Shown: positions 12,893-24,783, counted from the whole stretch's first letter. The stretch is 63,732 nt of DNA, filler included, from Octopus bimaculoides (GCF_001194135.2; 8 parts of 5 records of this genome joined end to end with filler, not necessarily neighbours in it), one strand, 5' to 3'. The notes: a model not told the origin generated them from the sequence alone. Translations and numbers: made by a program.

Positions 12893-12895
<3 letters not shown>
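12098..12895 (+). mobile_element. R4/Dong-like RLE non-LTR retrotransposon, 5'-truncated 3' end
   Basis: CRICGDEEETINHIGSGY (CCHC knuckle, last C to Y), REYIHRHDRV, WYRHTPEK, LWDMPIQTDREIKANRPDIVV, CFLIDVSVP, KYKDLEIEV, PIIVGALG; stop 12796-12798; about 100-bp 3' UTR; (AAT)n on both sides. Confidence 0.9.
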
Positions 12896-12967
<72 letters not shown>

Positions 12968-13128
12968 CTGCTCTACTATAGGCACAAGGCCTGAAATTTT
13001 GGAGGAGGGGACTAGTCGATTACATTGATCCTAGTGTTTCACTGGTACTTAATTTATCAACTCCAAAAGGATGAAAGACAAAGTCGACCTCGGCGGCATT
13101 TGAACTCAGAACGTAAGGACAGACGAAT
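12968..13128 (-). mobile_element. SINE family A fragment
   Basis: ggcacaaggcctgaaattttgg...aaagtcgacctcggcggcatttgaactcagaacgta is the reverse complement of the family A body and tail. Confidence 0.8.
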
Positions 13129-13210
<82 letters not shown>

Positions 13211-13357
13211 AAGAAGAAGAAGAAGAAGAAGAAGAAGAAGAAGAAGAAGAAGAAGAAGAAGAAGAAGAAGAAGAAGAAGAAGAAGAAGAAGAAGAAGAAG
13301 AAGAAGAAGAAGAAGAAGAAGAAGAAGAAGAAGAAGAAGAAGAAGAAGAAGAAGAAG
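13127..13357. repeat. Compound microsatellite (AAT)n(AAG)n
   Basis: Directly visible; AAG tract 13181-13357. Confidence 0.97.
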
Positions 13358-13359
13358 AA

Positions 13360-13864
13360 TTTCCCTGATGCAGTACCAGGCAATGGCTCTCATGGCTTTT
13401 GATCTTAACTGATTGGAAGTGTTATCATCTACATTGCTTTGTCTTGGTATAAAAGGTGGGCTACAGCAAATATTCTACTCAATACCACAGATTTGCTTGT
13501 CACTTGTTTGACCTTAACTAGTTAAGCATGTCCCTTGGTGGCTGACTATATGTGCAACTCTGATCACGAGCAAGCCATGTGTTGAGAGGAATTCTTTTGG
13601 GGTTTGAGTAATTCACCTCTGGAAACATGGGTGTTTTGTTTATCATCCTTAAAACAAACCTTATTCTGAAACCTTTTGAGTGGGATGGGCTACTCAACCT
13701 GAAGAAAATTCTAAGTGAGCCCCACCTGCACCATGTCGCATACATATGGTTGTGATGTATGTGCCTGGTGTACCCTTATCAGACGGGTAGTAATGCTGGG
13801 TATATTGAGCTTTGTATATTTGTACCCCAGTATCACTTTGATGCCATGCGCTGCTCTCTCACTC
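13360..13864 (+). mobile_element. About 505-bp non-coding element flanked by (AAG)n/(AAT)n, copy 2
   Basis: cctgatgcagtaccaggcaatggctctc...gctgctctctcactcaatagtaataat; same family as 11545-12076. Confidence 0.85.
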
Positions 13865-13865
13865 A

Positions 13866-13931
<66 letters not shown>

Positions 13932-14131
13932 TGTAATAATAATAATAATAAGAAGAAGAAGAAGAAGAAGAAGAAAATGTAATAATAATAATAATAGATA
14001 GATAGATAGATAGATAGATAGAAGAGTTCTTTACTTTTACAAAAGTAAAGAACTCTTCTATCTATCTATTATATTTCTGCTGAGTTACTTCAGTCCTTTA
14101 TATGAACTACTACTACTACTACTACTACTAC

Positions 14132-14208
<77 letters not shown>

Positions 14209-14209
14209 T

Positions 14210-14250
<41 letters not shown>

Positions 14251-14635
14251 TATAATAATAATTATAATAATAATAATAATAATAATAATAAGTGTGGAGG
14301 TTTACATATAAAGAGTGATGAAAAAAGAAGAAAGAACTATACACAGCATACATTAAAAGAAATGTAGTATACATAATATAAGCAATAAGNNNNNNNNNNT
14401 AATAATAATAATTATAATAATAATTATAATAATAATAATAATAATAACAAAGTGTGGAGGTTTACATATAAAGAGTGATGAAAAAAGAAGAAAGAAGTAT
14501 ACACAGCATACATTAAAAGAAATGTAGTATACATAATATAAGCAATAAGGAAAAACAATTGTGATATGGTGGGAGGGGCCTCCTGACACAGGAGGACCAC
14601 TGGGGATGACCGAAAAACCTCACCATCCAAGATCG

Positions 14636-15447
14636 CCCTACTCTCACTCCTGTATGTGCTGGGTCTCGAGCTATTGCTACGAGACTGAATATTTCAAGGA
14701 GCATCCCGCATGAACTAGGATGTGGAAGGTTCGAGTCGGTTTATGCGGACGACGTCACCATAATAGTGTCGGACGTCTCCGAAATCGAGGTGATCAGCAC
14801 TGCTCTAAGAGAGTACGGAGCGGTGACAGTGAACAAAGATTAACTAGGAGAAGTCGATATATCTGCAACTCGGAACCTAGAGAAGCAAGTCCATGTCGAC
14901 CGATAGCATCGGATGGAGCTTGACAGAAGGACCGGTTAAATTGCTTGGGGACTGGTTTTGTCCGGACTTCCAGGTGGACCAGAACAAGGAGAGATGACAA
15001 GCAGGATGGTCAGTTTCACCCAGAAATGAGCAAAGACGAAGTTGTCCCTAAAGAATCAGGCGGAAATAGCAAATACGTACATCGCTTCTGTCATCTACTA
15101 CCGCCAACCGTCGTCCCTTACTTTGCTTTGTGGTTGATCAAGCTGGAGTGTTCGCTCTCCTGCTTTCTGTGAAAGAGGCATGTTCTACTCGTCAGAGAGT
15201 CCATCTGTTGTCAGCAGCCGCTGAGTGGTGGACTGAGTATTCTGTGACTAATGATGTACAGGCATGCACTGAGGTTGCGACATCTCCAGCGTTTCCTTAA
15301 TGATAGAGGCGACCATCGCTACCTGGAAGCCGTCTGTAAAATGGCCAGTTTCGGACCCGTTTTCAGGGGCTGCATCGTTGCAATGCACAACGGCACCTGC
15401 TCGGTGGTCAAAGTAAATGATCATCTATTGGAACCGTTTAGAGTCGC
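14636..15447 (+). mobile_element. L1/Tx1-clade LINE reverse transcriptase remnant
   Basis: LLSLLYVLGLELLLR, SVYADDVTIIVSD (YADD at 14742-14753), GPVKLLG, YIASVIYY, RHALRLRHL, then DHRYLEAV..FGPVF..VKVNDHLLEPFRV; many stops and frameshifts. Confidence 0.85.
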
Positions 15448-15738
15448 NNNNNNNNNNCATGAATTTATTATTTTTGTTTTTACATAGATATTTTACCTGT
15501 GAATTTGCGTGTGTAAACTAGGAATTCATACAATGAGCTTCTCTGCCCTATGTGTACAGAAAACACTCGGCGAGAAATGGAAGAAAATTTAAAGAAAGAA
15601 AGAAAAAAAACAACATAATAATAAATAAATAAATAAATAAACGACTCTTTCTATTCCATCTTATTTTATTATACGGTCGGTTAGCGATCACTAAACGATG
15701 CACTCATGTTTAAGTAATCTGGAAACAGTTATACTTAC

Positions 15739-15771
15739 GAGCCGAGCCTGACCTCACAGATATGAAGAACA
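15739..15771 (-). CDS. Secreted acidic protein, coding exon 2 (33 bp, (V)FFISVRSGSA; end of signal peptide)
   Basis: aatcttatatttcag|TGTTCTTCATATCTGTGAGGTCAGGCTCGGCTC|gtaagtat; phase 1-1; completes a 21-aa signal peptide ending G-S-A. Confidence 0.78.
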
Positions 15772-16277
15772 CTGAAATATAAGATTACATGTAATGAGTT
15801 TAATAAAGTTTAATAAAAACATTCATTCTTAGACTAGACACTGGGCATATTCTTTATTAAGAAGGGAAAGCATAATACTCTTTGAATAAATAAATTTACG
15901 TGAGTATAGCCTTGGAAATGATTCCAAATATATCAACGGCGCTAGGAACACTGTATGAATTAATTTACAGACTCAGAAGAACAGAAAGAAGTAAAATCCA
16001 TTCGCAGAACTCTGAATTCCACTCAACCGGCTCCTAAATTCTAATGAAAGACATATCTTCCATGGATGAGACAGGGCATAGTTACTCACAGAAGGAGGTG
16101 AAGTTAATACAAGTCAATGAAATAATTGTCTGTTTTACAATGTTACTGCTTCTAAGAGTGAGAAACTAACACAGCATAGAAATGCCAGTTTGTACCTAGA
16201 CAGGCAGGGTTGTTAAAGTACATACCGTTACTGTTTATCCTTAAGAATAAACAATTAACCCATAAGCTAGTATGTGT

Positions 16278-16328
<51 letters not shown>

Positions 16329-16828
16329 CGCGCGCGCGCGCGCGTGTGTGTGTATATTACTCTTTTTATAATTTGGTTGACACCAGAAACTTTAAATTGC
16401 TCTGTATTTAATAGACAAAGGTCTATATTTTGTGTATAAGACCTTAGCAAAGTGAAGCAATGTGATGAGAAGAATTAACAGACCTGATACAAATTCTCTG
16501 ACTAAAGCGAATAAAAAGATCAAGTTTTGTTAACACAATACTAATAATAATGAATGCTCTCAGTTGCATAATTTTATATCTAGGTTGCAAAACTTTTGCA
16601 TAGGGATACATCGCTTTAAGGAGAAGGTCATAAGCTACAGGACTCTGATGATTGAAAGCAAAATTTAGATCTAATAGTGCAGAGTGTATACTTAGTGTTT
16701 CTGTAATGAAGAAGGCAAAGAGAGTGAGAGAGAGAGGGTGGGGAGAGCTTATATATATATAAGTGGTAGCGAGGGAAAAAGCAATTACGAACAACTGTAT
16801 TCTGTGTTTATTTTCATGCAAAGGCATC

Positions 16829-16871
<43 letters not shown>

Positions 16872-18507
16872 NNNNNNNNNNNNNNNNNNNNNNNNNNNNN
16901 NNNNNNNNNNNNNNNNNNNNNNNNNNNNNNNNNNNNNNNNNNNNNNNNNNNNNNNNNNNNNNNNNNNNNNNNNNNNNNNNNNNNNNNNNNNNNNNNNNNN
17001 NNNNNNNNNNNNNNNNNNNNNNNNNNNNNNNNNNNNNNNNNNNNNNNNNNNNNNNNNNNNNNNNNNNNNNNNNNNNNNNNNNNNNNNNNNNNNNNNNNNN
17101 NNNNNNNNNNNNNNNNNNNNNNNNNNNNNNNNNNNNNNNNNNNNNNNNNNNNNNNNNNNNNNNNNNNNNNNNNNNNNNNNNNNNNNNNNNNNNNNNNNNN
17201 NNNNNNNNNNNNNNNNNNNNNNNNNNNNNNNNNNNNNNNNNNNNNNNNNNNNNNNNNNNNNNNNNNATGTTTTCATTTAGTGTCCTATTTATAGGACAGT
17301 GGGACTAAGTTCGTTGAAGCCATCCGGAATCTAAACATGTCGGCTAGTTTTGAATAAATCATCGCACATTTTTAGATATATACGTGCATTGGGTCTTTCT
17401 CTTTCGCACATCAGAGAGACAACAATTTTGGGAGTCAAAAACGATGCTTTCATTCTAAGAATGATCTCGAAAAGCATGTTTGTTTGTTTTTTTTAAAATT
17501 TAAACGACTTCACTTTCCTAATTACCTTTCCTTTGCAATGATCAGAAAGAACGCGGAAGGACAAGTTATCAGAGTTGATAGAATTACCCTGGAATCACTT
17601 TGTTTTTTTTTTTCAGTGTACAAGTTGTACACTGCTTTTTCCAGGGTTGGAAACAGTAGAATTTTCTTCTTTATAATTCCTGGCAGAAAAACGTAGAATT
17701 ATAATATATCCTGAAGTACTACAATAGACACTGGAAAAAATAACTGATAAGAAAAATATTTCATTTAGAGCAATTGAATCGGCTAGGGTAGTATTTCTTT
17801 TGAAAAGGCAGTTTCTCCGACAAAAATAGTTTTTATTTCCGGTTCTATGTTTGTTGCACACTTGTATGAAGCTCAGCTTAGGCAATCTTCTGAACTACTT
17901 ATACACAACAATTTCAAGAGAATCCGCATTTATGGATTAAATGAGGTGTTTCAGCATCTTTTAAAACAATTTATCGAAAATAATGAATCCATGTAGCTAG
18001 TACATATATGATTAAACAGTTGTAATCGTGTGGATGGCATTCATAGCGTTCATTACAATAATTTAATTTGAGAATGTGATCGCAACTATCTCGAAACGTC
18101 AACCTAATGTGTTTCTTAAACGTTGTTTTCCAAACTAAGCACATAGGACTAATAAATATGAAAAATTCTTAATAAAAAATCGAACTTGAACATAGTCGTG
18201 TTTTTAAAATAAGAAAGTTAGAGAGACAAGGGGAGAAAGAGGGAGAAAGAGGAGGAAGAGGGAGAGAAAGAGAGAGGGAGAGAAAGAAAGAGGGAGAGAA
18301 AGAAAGAGGGAAAGAAGGGGTGAAGAGAGAGATCAGTTTCTCGCTTCATATCACAATATGCTCGTAAATTAACTGACGTTTTTTTGTTTTCAAATTAAAA
18401 TAAAATAATGTGAAACAACGATTGGAAAATCGCCAGAAAGATTGAAATTAAAGAAAGATTAAAATTAAAGAAAATCCCTTTAAGGTTATGTTAAAGAAAT
18501 CACTTAC

Positions 18508-18538
18508 CAAAAGCCACAAGTAAAGCACTCGTCTTCAT
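18508..18538 (-). CDS. Secreted acidic protein, first coding exon (MKTSALLVAF + phase-1 G); exon spans 18508-18541
   Basis: Minus strand: ttcttttctgcacgccgcag|AAAATGAAGACGAGTGCTTTACTTGTGGCTTTTG|gtaagtga; strong acceptor and donor; AAAATG start; encodes n/h-region of a signal peptide and joins in frame to 15739-15771. Confidence 0.8.
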
Positions 18539-18932
18539 TTTCTGCGGCGTGCAGAAAAGAAATGCTTACAAACTTGTATTGTACTGGATATTTAAATAAC
18601 TTTACCTGACCCAAGATAAATATGCAGAAATACATATGTTATTAGAAATGGATCAGTCATCTTTCCTCGCTGACAATTGTTTATTTCAAAGTGACAACTT
18701 ATAATTTCCTTTTCACTCAAAATTTGCTATACATATTCAATAGATTTATCTTGGCACGTGTGATAGAAATATATTGTTTTCATCACATCTAATAACTGTT
18801 ATTTAGTCTCATCAGTTTTAAAAATTTGAACAATGAACTACTCCTATATATTTCATGATTAGCATTATTGAAACCCAAAATACTTAACAGTAATAATAAA
18901 GACTGTTTCAAAAATAGGCATAAGGCCATAAA

Positions 18933-19075
18933 TTTGAGGAAGAGGATTAATCGATTCAATCGATCCCAGTACATAGCTGATACTTTATTTTAACATTGCT
19001 GGAAGGAAGAAAGATAAAGTTGACCTCGGCGATATTTCAGCTTAGAATGCTAAAAGCCGTAACTAAATATCTCGA
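18933..19075 (-). mobile_element. SINE family A, diverged fragment
   Basis: aatcgatcccagtacatagctgatactttatttt...aaagttgacctcggcgatattt matches family A reverse complement. Confidence 0.65.
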
Positions 19076-19192
19076 AGTTCGTTTTTTCTTTTGTTGCTTT
19101 TGTTTGTTTTTGTTTTTTTGCCTGCGCTGTAATGACTGTCAATCCTCCACTCTTTACAATAAATGTTTCTAATTTATGTATGAGATCAGAAA

Positions 19193-19939
19193 TTGCGGGT
19201 ATTACGACTTCTCATAGAGATGTCTCCATATGTCTGTGTGAGCACGAAAGATCTCCTCAGTAAAATCAGTACTTGCAACCACTCCAACGACCTCACAGGT
19301 TGTGTAGTGGGTAGTATGGATGTGATTTCACTCTACCCATCTATAGACATAGATTTTGCTGTGGAGATAATCATTCAGGTGATCTGTGAGAGTGAAGTGG
19401 AGTTCCGCAAGGTCAACACGAGGGAACTGGGCCTCCTCCTCAGGCTAAGCTACGACAGTAACTATTTGGATGACCATGACCTCAGTAGATTCTGCCCCAC
19501 CAGGTTACAGAGGGGAAGACCATCCACCATCAATTCAGCAGTGAAAAAAAGCACCACTGAATGCTGGAGTGACTGGACTGCACCCACCCAAAACCCTGAG
19601 AACAACAATCAGGTGAAGGAAATGATTGCTCACGCAATAGGGGCCAGTATAAAAACCACCTTGAAGAACCACATAGTAAAGTTCAACAAAAAATTATACA
19701 TGCAGGTTCAAGGTGCAGCCATCGGCGTTGGTGTAGCTGGAGATGTGGCCGGCCTCTTCATGACCTGGTGGGACAGAAAACTTAAACATATGTTAGCAGA
19801 ACAGTCCACAATTCTTCTACTTTACAGCAGATATGTAGATGACATTAATATCATAGTTAGGACCAACTCTAGTGACGGTCGTGTAGAAACAGAAAGGAAC
19901 GTAATGGAGAGCATCCAGCAAATAGCTAACTCCATCCAC
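19193..19939 (+). mobile_element. Penelope-like element reverse transcriptase core (open frame, ends at a gap)
   Basis: VVGSMDVISLYPSID, LYMQVQGAAIGVGVAG, LLYSRYVDDINII (YVDD 19832-19843): PLE-type RT motifs. Confidence 0.88.
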
Positions 19940-20839
19940 NNNNNNNNNNNNNNNNNNNNNNNNNNNNNNNNNNNNNNNNNNNNTTAATTAATTAANNNNN
20001 NNNNNNNNNNNNNNNNNNNNNNNNNNNNNNNNNNNNNNNGAAGCATGGAAGGTGTTTATAAGCCATTTAAACGCACACAAAAACCGTTAGATTCACTTCA
20101 ACGTTTAAATTTAATTTGCCAAATTTAAATTTATTTGGCAGATTAAATTTAAATGTTGAAGTGAATCTAACGGTTTATGTGTGTTTTTTAAATGGCTTAT
20201 AAACCACGCTGCAATTGTTTTTCTTTCAGCACACGATCTCAGATCAGGTTACTTGTTATGCAAGTACACCTCTGTAATATATATATATATATATATATAT
20301 ATACACTTCATTTTGGGATTTGGTTTGCAAGGTTCTTTATGTGAGTTCATGTGTTGAAGCATATTTTGTTGTGTCTGGTGATAGTCATTCTCTTTTAGTG
20401 CCATATTACTTAACACTCTCCCTGGTAAAGTTTCCACTCATTTACTTATTTAATTTTCCTAAAATTTTCGTTGCGTCTTGCAACCTTTTCAATAAATCGT
20501 TGACTTTGTGTGTTATCCGAGCTGCGTTCCTTTTGTTTGTTTGTGTGCATGTGTGTGGGTCAGTAGGAGTGTGCATACACATGTATGTATGTATGCATGT
20601 AAGTGTGTGTATGCATGTATATGTGTGTGTGCGCGTATGTGCATATGTATGTGCTGAGTGTTGACGTTTAGATGCATCATTACCGCTTCTGTTGACCAGG
20701 TATTTTGCTTCTGTCTCCAGTTCTTGGATATTAAGACAGACTTCTAGTTCAGATATGATGTATTTTTTGCAGGTGAAGGAGGGACAGTTATTCCTATTAA
20801 TGTTACTAGCATTCTCTAGTTTGCACGATATGTAGCCCT

Positions 20840-20996
20840 CTCTCCCTCTTTCTCTCTCTCCCTCTCTCTCTCTCTGTCCTTGTCTTTCTATATCTATTTG
20901 TCTCTGTCTGTCTGTCTCTCTCTCTCTATCTGTCTGTCTGTATGTATATCTGTCTATCTGTATGTATGTATGTCTGTCTGTCAGTCAGTCTGTTCC

Positions 20997-21073
<77 letters not shown>

Positions 21074-21200
21074 CTGTTTGTCTGTCTGTCTGTCTGTCTA
21101 TCTGTCTGTCTATCTGTCTGACTCTATTTATCTGTCTGTCTGTCTATCTGTCTGTCTCTATTTATCTATGTCCGTCTGTCTGTCTGTCTGTCTGTCTGTC
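20840..21200. repeat. Compound (CT)n/(TCTG)n/(TCTA)n low-complexity tract
   Basis: Directly visible. Confidence 0.95.
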
Positions 21201-21614
21201 CAGTGTAAATAAGTTATACATAAGTAATTTAACAGTTTCTACCACTGTCATGTACCTGGAAACCATATTTTAAGTCAATGGAAGGCGATAACCCATTGGC
21301 ATGCGCTAACAGCAAGTGTTCTTACTAGTTTTTTTTTTCCAGAAGTGGAATGGAATACGTCCAATTCTCTTTAATTAGTTTTCGAACCCAATATTTTAGC
21401 GCTATTATTTATCTTTTTATGCTTCGCGCTGCAATGTTCCAAAAATTATATTTATGTGTTTGATATTGTCTATATACAATTTAAACATGTTTAAAAATTT
21501 TGTATGATTTATTATATTTTTCACATCATCCCGAGATTAATTCTTTTCCGAAATATTTAACATCAACTGCTTGTACGTGTTTAGCAACATTTATCATGTA
21601 ATATATAATTCTTC

Positions 21615-21700
21615 AAGACGGCGATCAGACAGAATCGTTAGCACGCCGGGCGAAGTGCTTAGCGGTATTTCGTCTGCCGTTACGTTCTGAGTTTAAATTG
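21615..21700 (+). mobile_element. SINE family A, head
   Basis: gacggcgatcagacagaatcgttagcacgccgggcgaagtgcttagcggtatttcgtctgccgttacgttctgagtttaaatt. Confidence 0.8.
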
Positions 21701-23224
21701 GTAGCGAAATTACGCCTTTACCATACATATCCGTGTGTATGTATTGTTTCATCTTCGTTGGATTGGTTGGTTCAATCGAAGTAAAGATATTTTAAGTGTA
21801 GTACTCAATGCATGATAAGTTTGTAAATTTTAACATATTTTGATTTCAAGATATATCGTCTCAACTCAGAAAGTTATTTGCAATCTAGAACTCTCTTGTA
21901 GAGTATATCAAATTGTTACGGTAGGTTTGCGCCATTAAGAGATCTCTTAACTAACTGAGATGCCTTTGTATCGTTAGCAGAACTAGAAAGGAACAGAATT
22001 CGTATGACTGTGAGTATGCCCGATAAACCCATTAGAAACATCAACGATCCAAACAGTTTTCCGTAATATTCTACTGAATATCTGTTTCTTTTTAGGAAAA
22101 AAAAACACCGTTGGCTGCATCTGACTGCCATGTGCTTCTTAAAAAGTGATGCAACCACTCTTCTAATTGGGCTACTCTGCCGTGATCACGAAGTTTGCAA
22201 CATGCCATCCTTTAGTCGTCTATTTTACGGATCGATTCTAGGAAAGAACAACTGGTGTGCAAATTACTCTTCCAAAACTAAAGATTTTGAATGATTATAT
22301 TTTGCAAAGTTACTTCAAAATATTAGTTTGGTTTAAAACATTTAGTACGATATTTATCAATTTGAGTATTTAAGAATTTCCCCACAAAATATGAATCCTT
22401 TTTCGATTTATTGTCTATTTGGCCATGAATTCAAGATCTTGGGTATATAGCAAGAAGAGAGGGATTTCAGAAATCTAGGCAAATATCGATTATGATATTG
22501 ATGTATTCATCGGAGAGTATAATTATAGAAAAACATGAATTCAGATAATAGCATTACATTTATTGAGCAGTTACGGTCCATAGTTAGTGTACATCTTACA
22601 TGAATTACATATTAGATTAAACATGTAAAAAGATATTTATGTAAAGTATATTAAATGCATTGCGTTTACACCAAGTCCAGTGAGATCATTGATGGAAACT
22701 TTCAACGAATATATATACGTTTTTTGTAAATAGATTTTTTATGTGGCTATAACCTTAGATATTAATTGATGGATCACGTTCAATAATTATCGAAACGAAC
22801 GCAAATGGCGAATAAATGTTCTGCCAGCTTCTGCATTCCTTTCACTATTTCTTTCCTTCTCGCTATATAGAGTTCATTGTTCGGTTAAGGTAAGATAAGC
22901 AACAAAAGTACTCCATCCAGTGAGACAAATATCGTTCAATATATACAGTATAAAGGTACGTGCTACGAAGAGTTTGCTGCCGTAAAAATACGTACCTAGG
23001 CAGGATTTTATGGCACGCCTTGTGTCTCCAAGAATATTCAATTTCTGAGAACATGATCTCTTCTGTTTGAAAATCAGGACGCTGGTACATAAGAAAACAC
23101 GAGAAAAAATGAGAAGATTGTTGATGTAAAACATGGAAGAGTGAAACGGGAAAAGAAAAGATTATAGTTACTTCTCTTTTGACTGTGGAGAGAACTGCTC
23201 AATTCGGGGAAGGTGGTGTCCTCC

Positions 23225-23603
23225 AGTTTGCCACAAGAAAATTTATCCGTATGCTTGCATTTGCTGAAAATTTCAGTTCTGGAATTAAGTAGTACTGTGG
23301 AATTTTTAGATCTAAAAAAACATTGCGTTCTTTCAGCTACGCATAAGTTGAATTTCCTAGATGTGGCATGAACTTTTCTATTCTCCACTTGATTGTAAAT
23401 GGCATGCAGTTGACCTTCAAACCACATCCGTGGCTAGCCAAATTAGTGACTTTACTTTTGCCAATGTGCCGTAAAGGAGATAGATGGATTGCATAACGTC
23501 TTTTGAAATAGCCTTCGCATAAACCGATGTAATTTTTCTTATCATTTAAGTTTTCTTGAAGCGTGGTAGTGACTTCTGCCTTATAGACGACGGAGTTTAT
23601 CAT
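23225..23603 (-). mobile_element. Penelope-like element GIY-YIG endonuclease remnant
   Basis: NSVVYKAEV...KKNYIGLCEGYFKRRY..H...FTIKWRIEK, then FNLCVAER...LLNSRTEIFSKCKHTDKF across frameshifts. Confidence 0.85.
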
Positions 23604-23684
23604 ACATGCCTGGTCAAGTGGGCAAGCTTCAGGGTCCCGAGAGTTACAAGTGGGAGTGGGCTCTTGGTGATGCTTACGTGGGAA

Positions 23685-24000
23685 CCATCAATGCCAACCT
23701 GTACTCCGGACAGCTGGAGCGGATGTATGCCATTGTCAACAAGTTGGTGAACAGAAAGTGAGCTTCTCTGTAGCAAGACACTGCAAGACCTCAAAGCGCG
23801 CGAACGACCCGGCATAGACTCTACGGACTTAAGAAAATCGAACGGGTGTATGACCCAGAATATTGGCCGGACCTAGTTCTCTTGAATTGTTTCTTGATCC
23901 GATTCATTGCTCATTTCCTGTTCTCGCGACGCTTCATCAACCAAGAAGAGGTGGAAGCTTCAGTGAAAGGAGTTCTTTGCCTCGAAAAACAAGAACTAGC
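23685..24000 (+). mobile_element. mariner transposase C-terminal remnant
   Basis: TINANLYSGQLERMYA..LVNRK*ASL*QDTARPQ..PEYWPDL..AHFL..RRFINQEEVEASVK, a decayed QDNARPH / YSPDLAPSD region. Confidence 0.75.
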
Positions 24001-24716
24001 ATCTGAGTGGCCCCTCCTTTCAATGCTAGGGCGCTTTGGTTGTAGCTTAGTGAATAAAGCAAATAAGTCAGCAATACATATGTGTGTGTGTGAGAGAGAG
24101 AGTGTGTGTGTGTGCGTTTATGCATGAATGTATGCATCTATGTGTGATTTGTGAAGCAGTATAACCCGGATTATGACATATAACCGATGAATTTTAGCAT
24201 CAATTTTGTGCGGAACATTGCATTTGGCTTTAAATATGCTGGTCGGAAGAGTATTGTATCTTTTTCGCTTGAGGCAAATATATAACATTTTTCTAGAGGA
24301 GAAAAAAAGTTACCTCCCATGGATTACTGTCAGTTGTGATCGAACACAGACATGGTTACATGTCTGAGTTTACATGATTTCCGTTCTCTAGCCTGGAAGG
24401 AAGACGACAATCTTATGAAAATAAATTTTCTATTGTGGAGAACAACGACAAATTTCGCTTTCTGAGTTCAGGAAGGCGTCCTGATCATATGAAATATATT
24501 GGAATGATTCTCTCCTGTCGATCATGTAAAGCTTTCAGTGTTGAATCCCGTACTTTCGTTCCGATACGATCCAAGTTGTAACATTAAGCATCTCATGGAT
24601 TCTAAAAGCGGTCCTACTTGTCCTTTACGAAAACAGAAGGCAATCGGGACAGTATTTCTAACAATTGAATAAAGACAGGAAGACAGAGAACGCAATAAAT
24701 AATTTTATATTTCAGA

Positions 24717-24783
<67 letters not shown>

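Noticed and set aside
14290-14550. Direct duplication of about 100 bp (agtgtggaggtttacat...aagcaataag)
   Set aside because: The copies are almost identical and straddle a short N gap; most likely an unmerged contig overlap.
16089-16153. Alternative minus-strand exon candidate ending in gtgagt upstream of exon 2
   Set aside because: No ATG, and the 18508-18541 exon already supplies a start and a coherent signal peptide with better splice sites.
19984-19995. TTAATTAATTAA recurring at about 19984, 25444, 41231, 56183, 57634, 60426 and 61763
   Set aside because: Always embedded between similar-sized N runs and gives stops in all six frames: a scaffolding linker, not biology.
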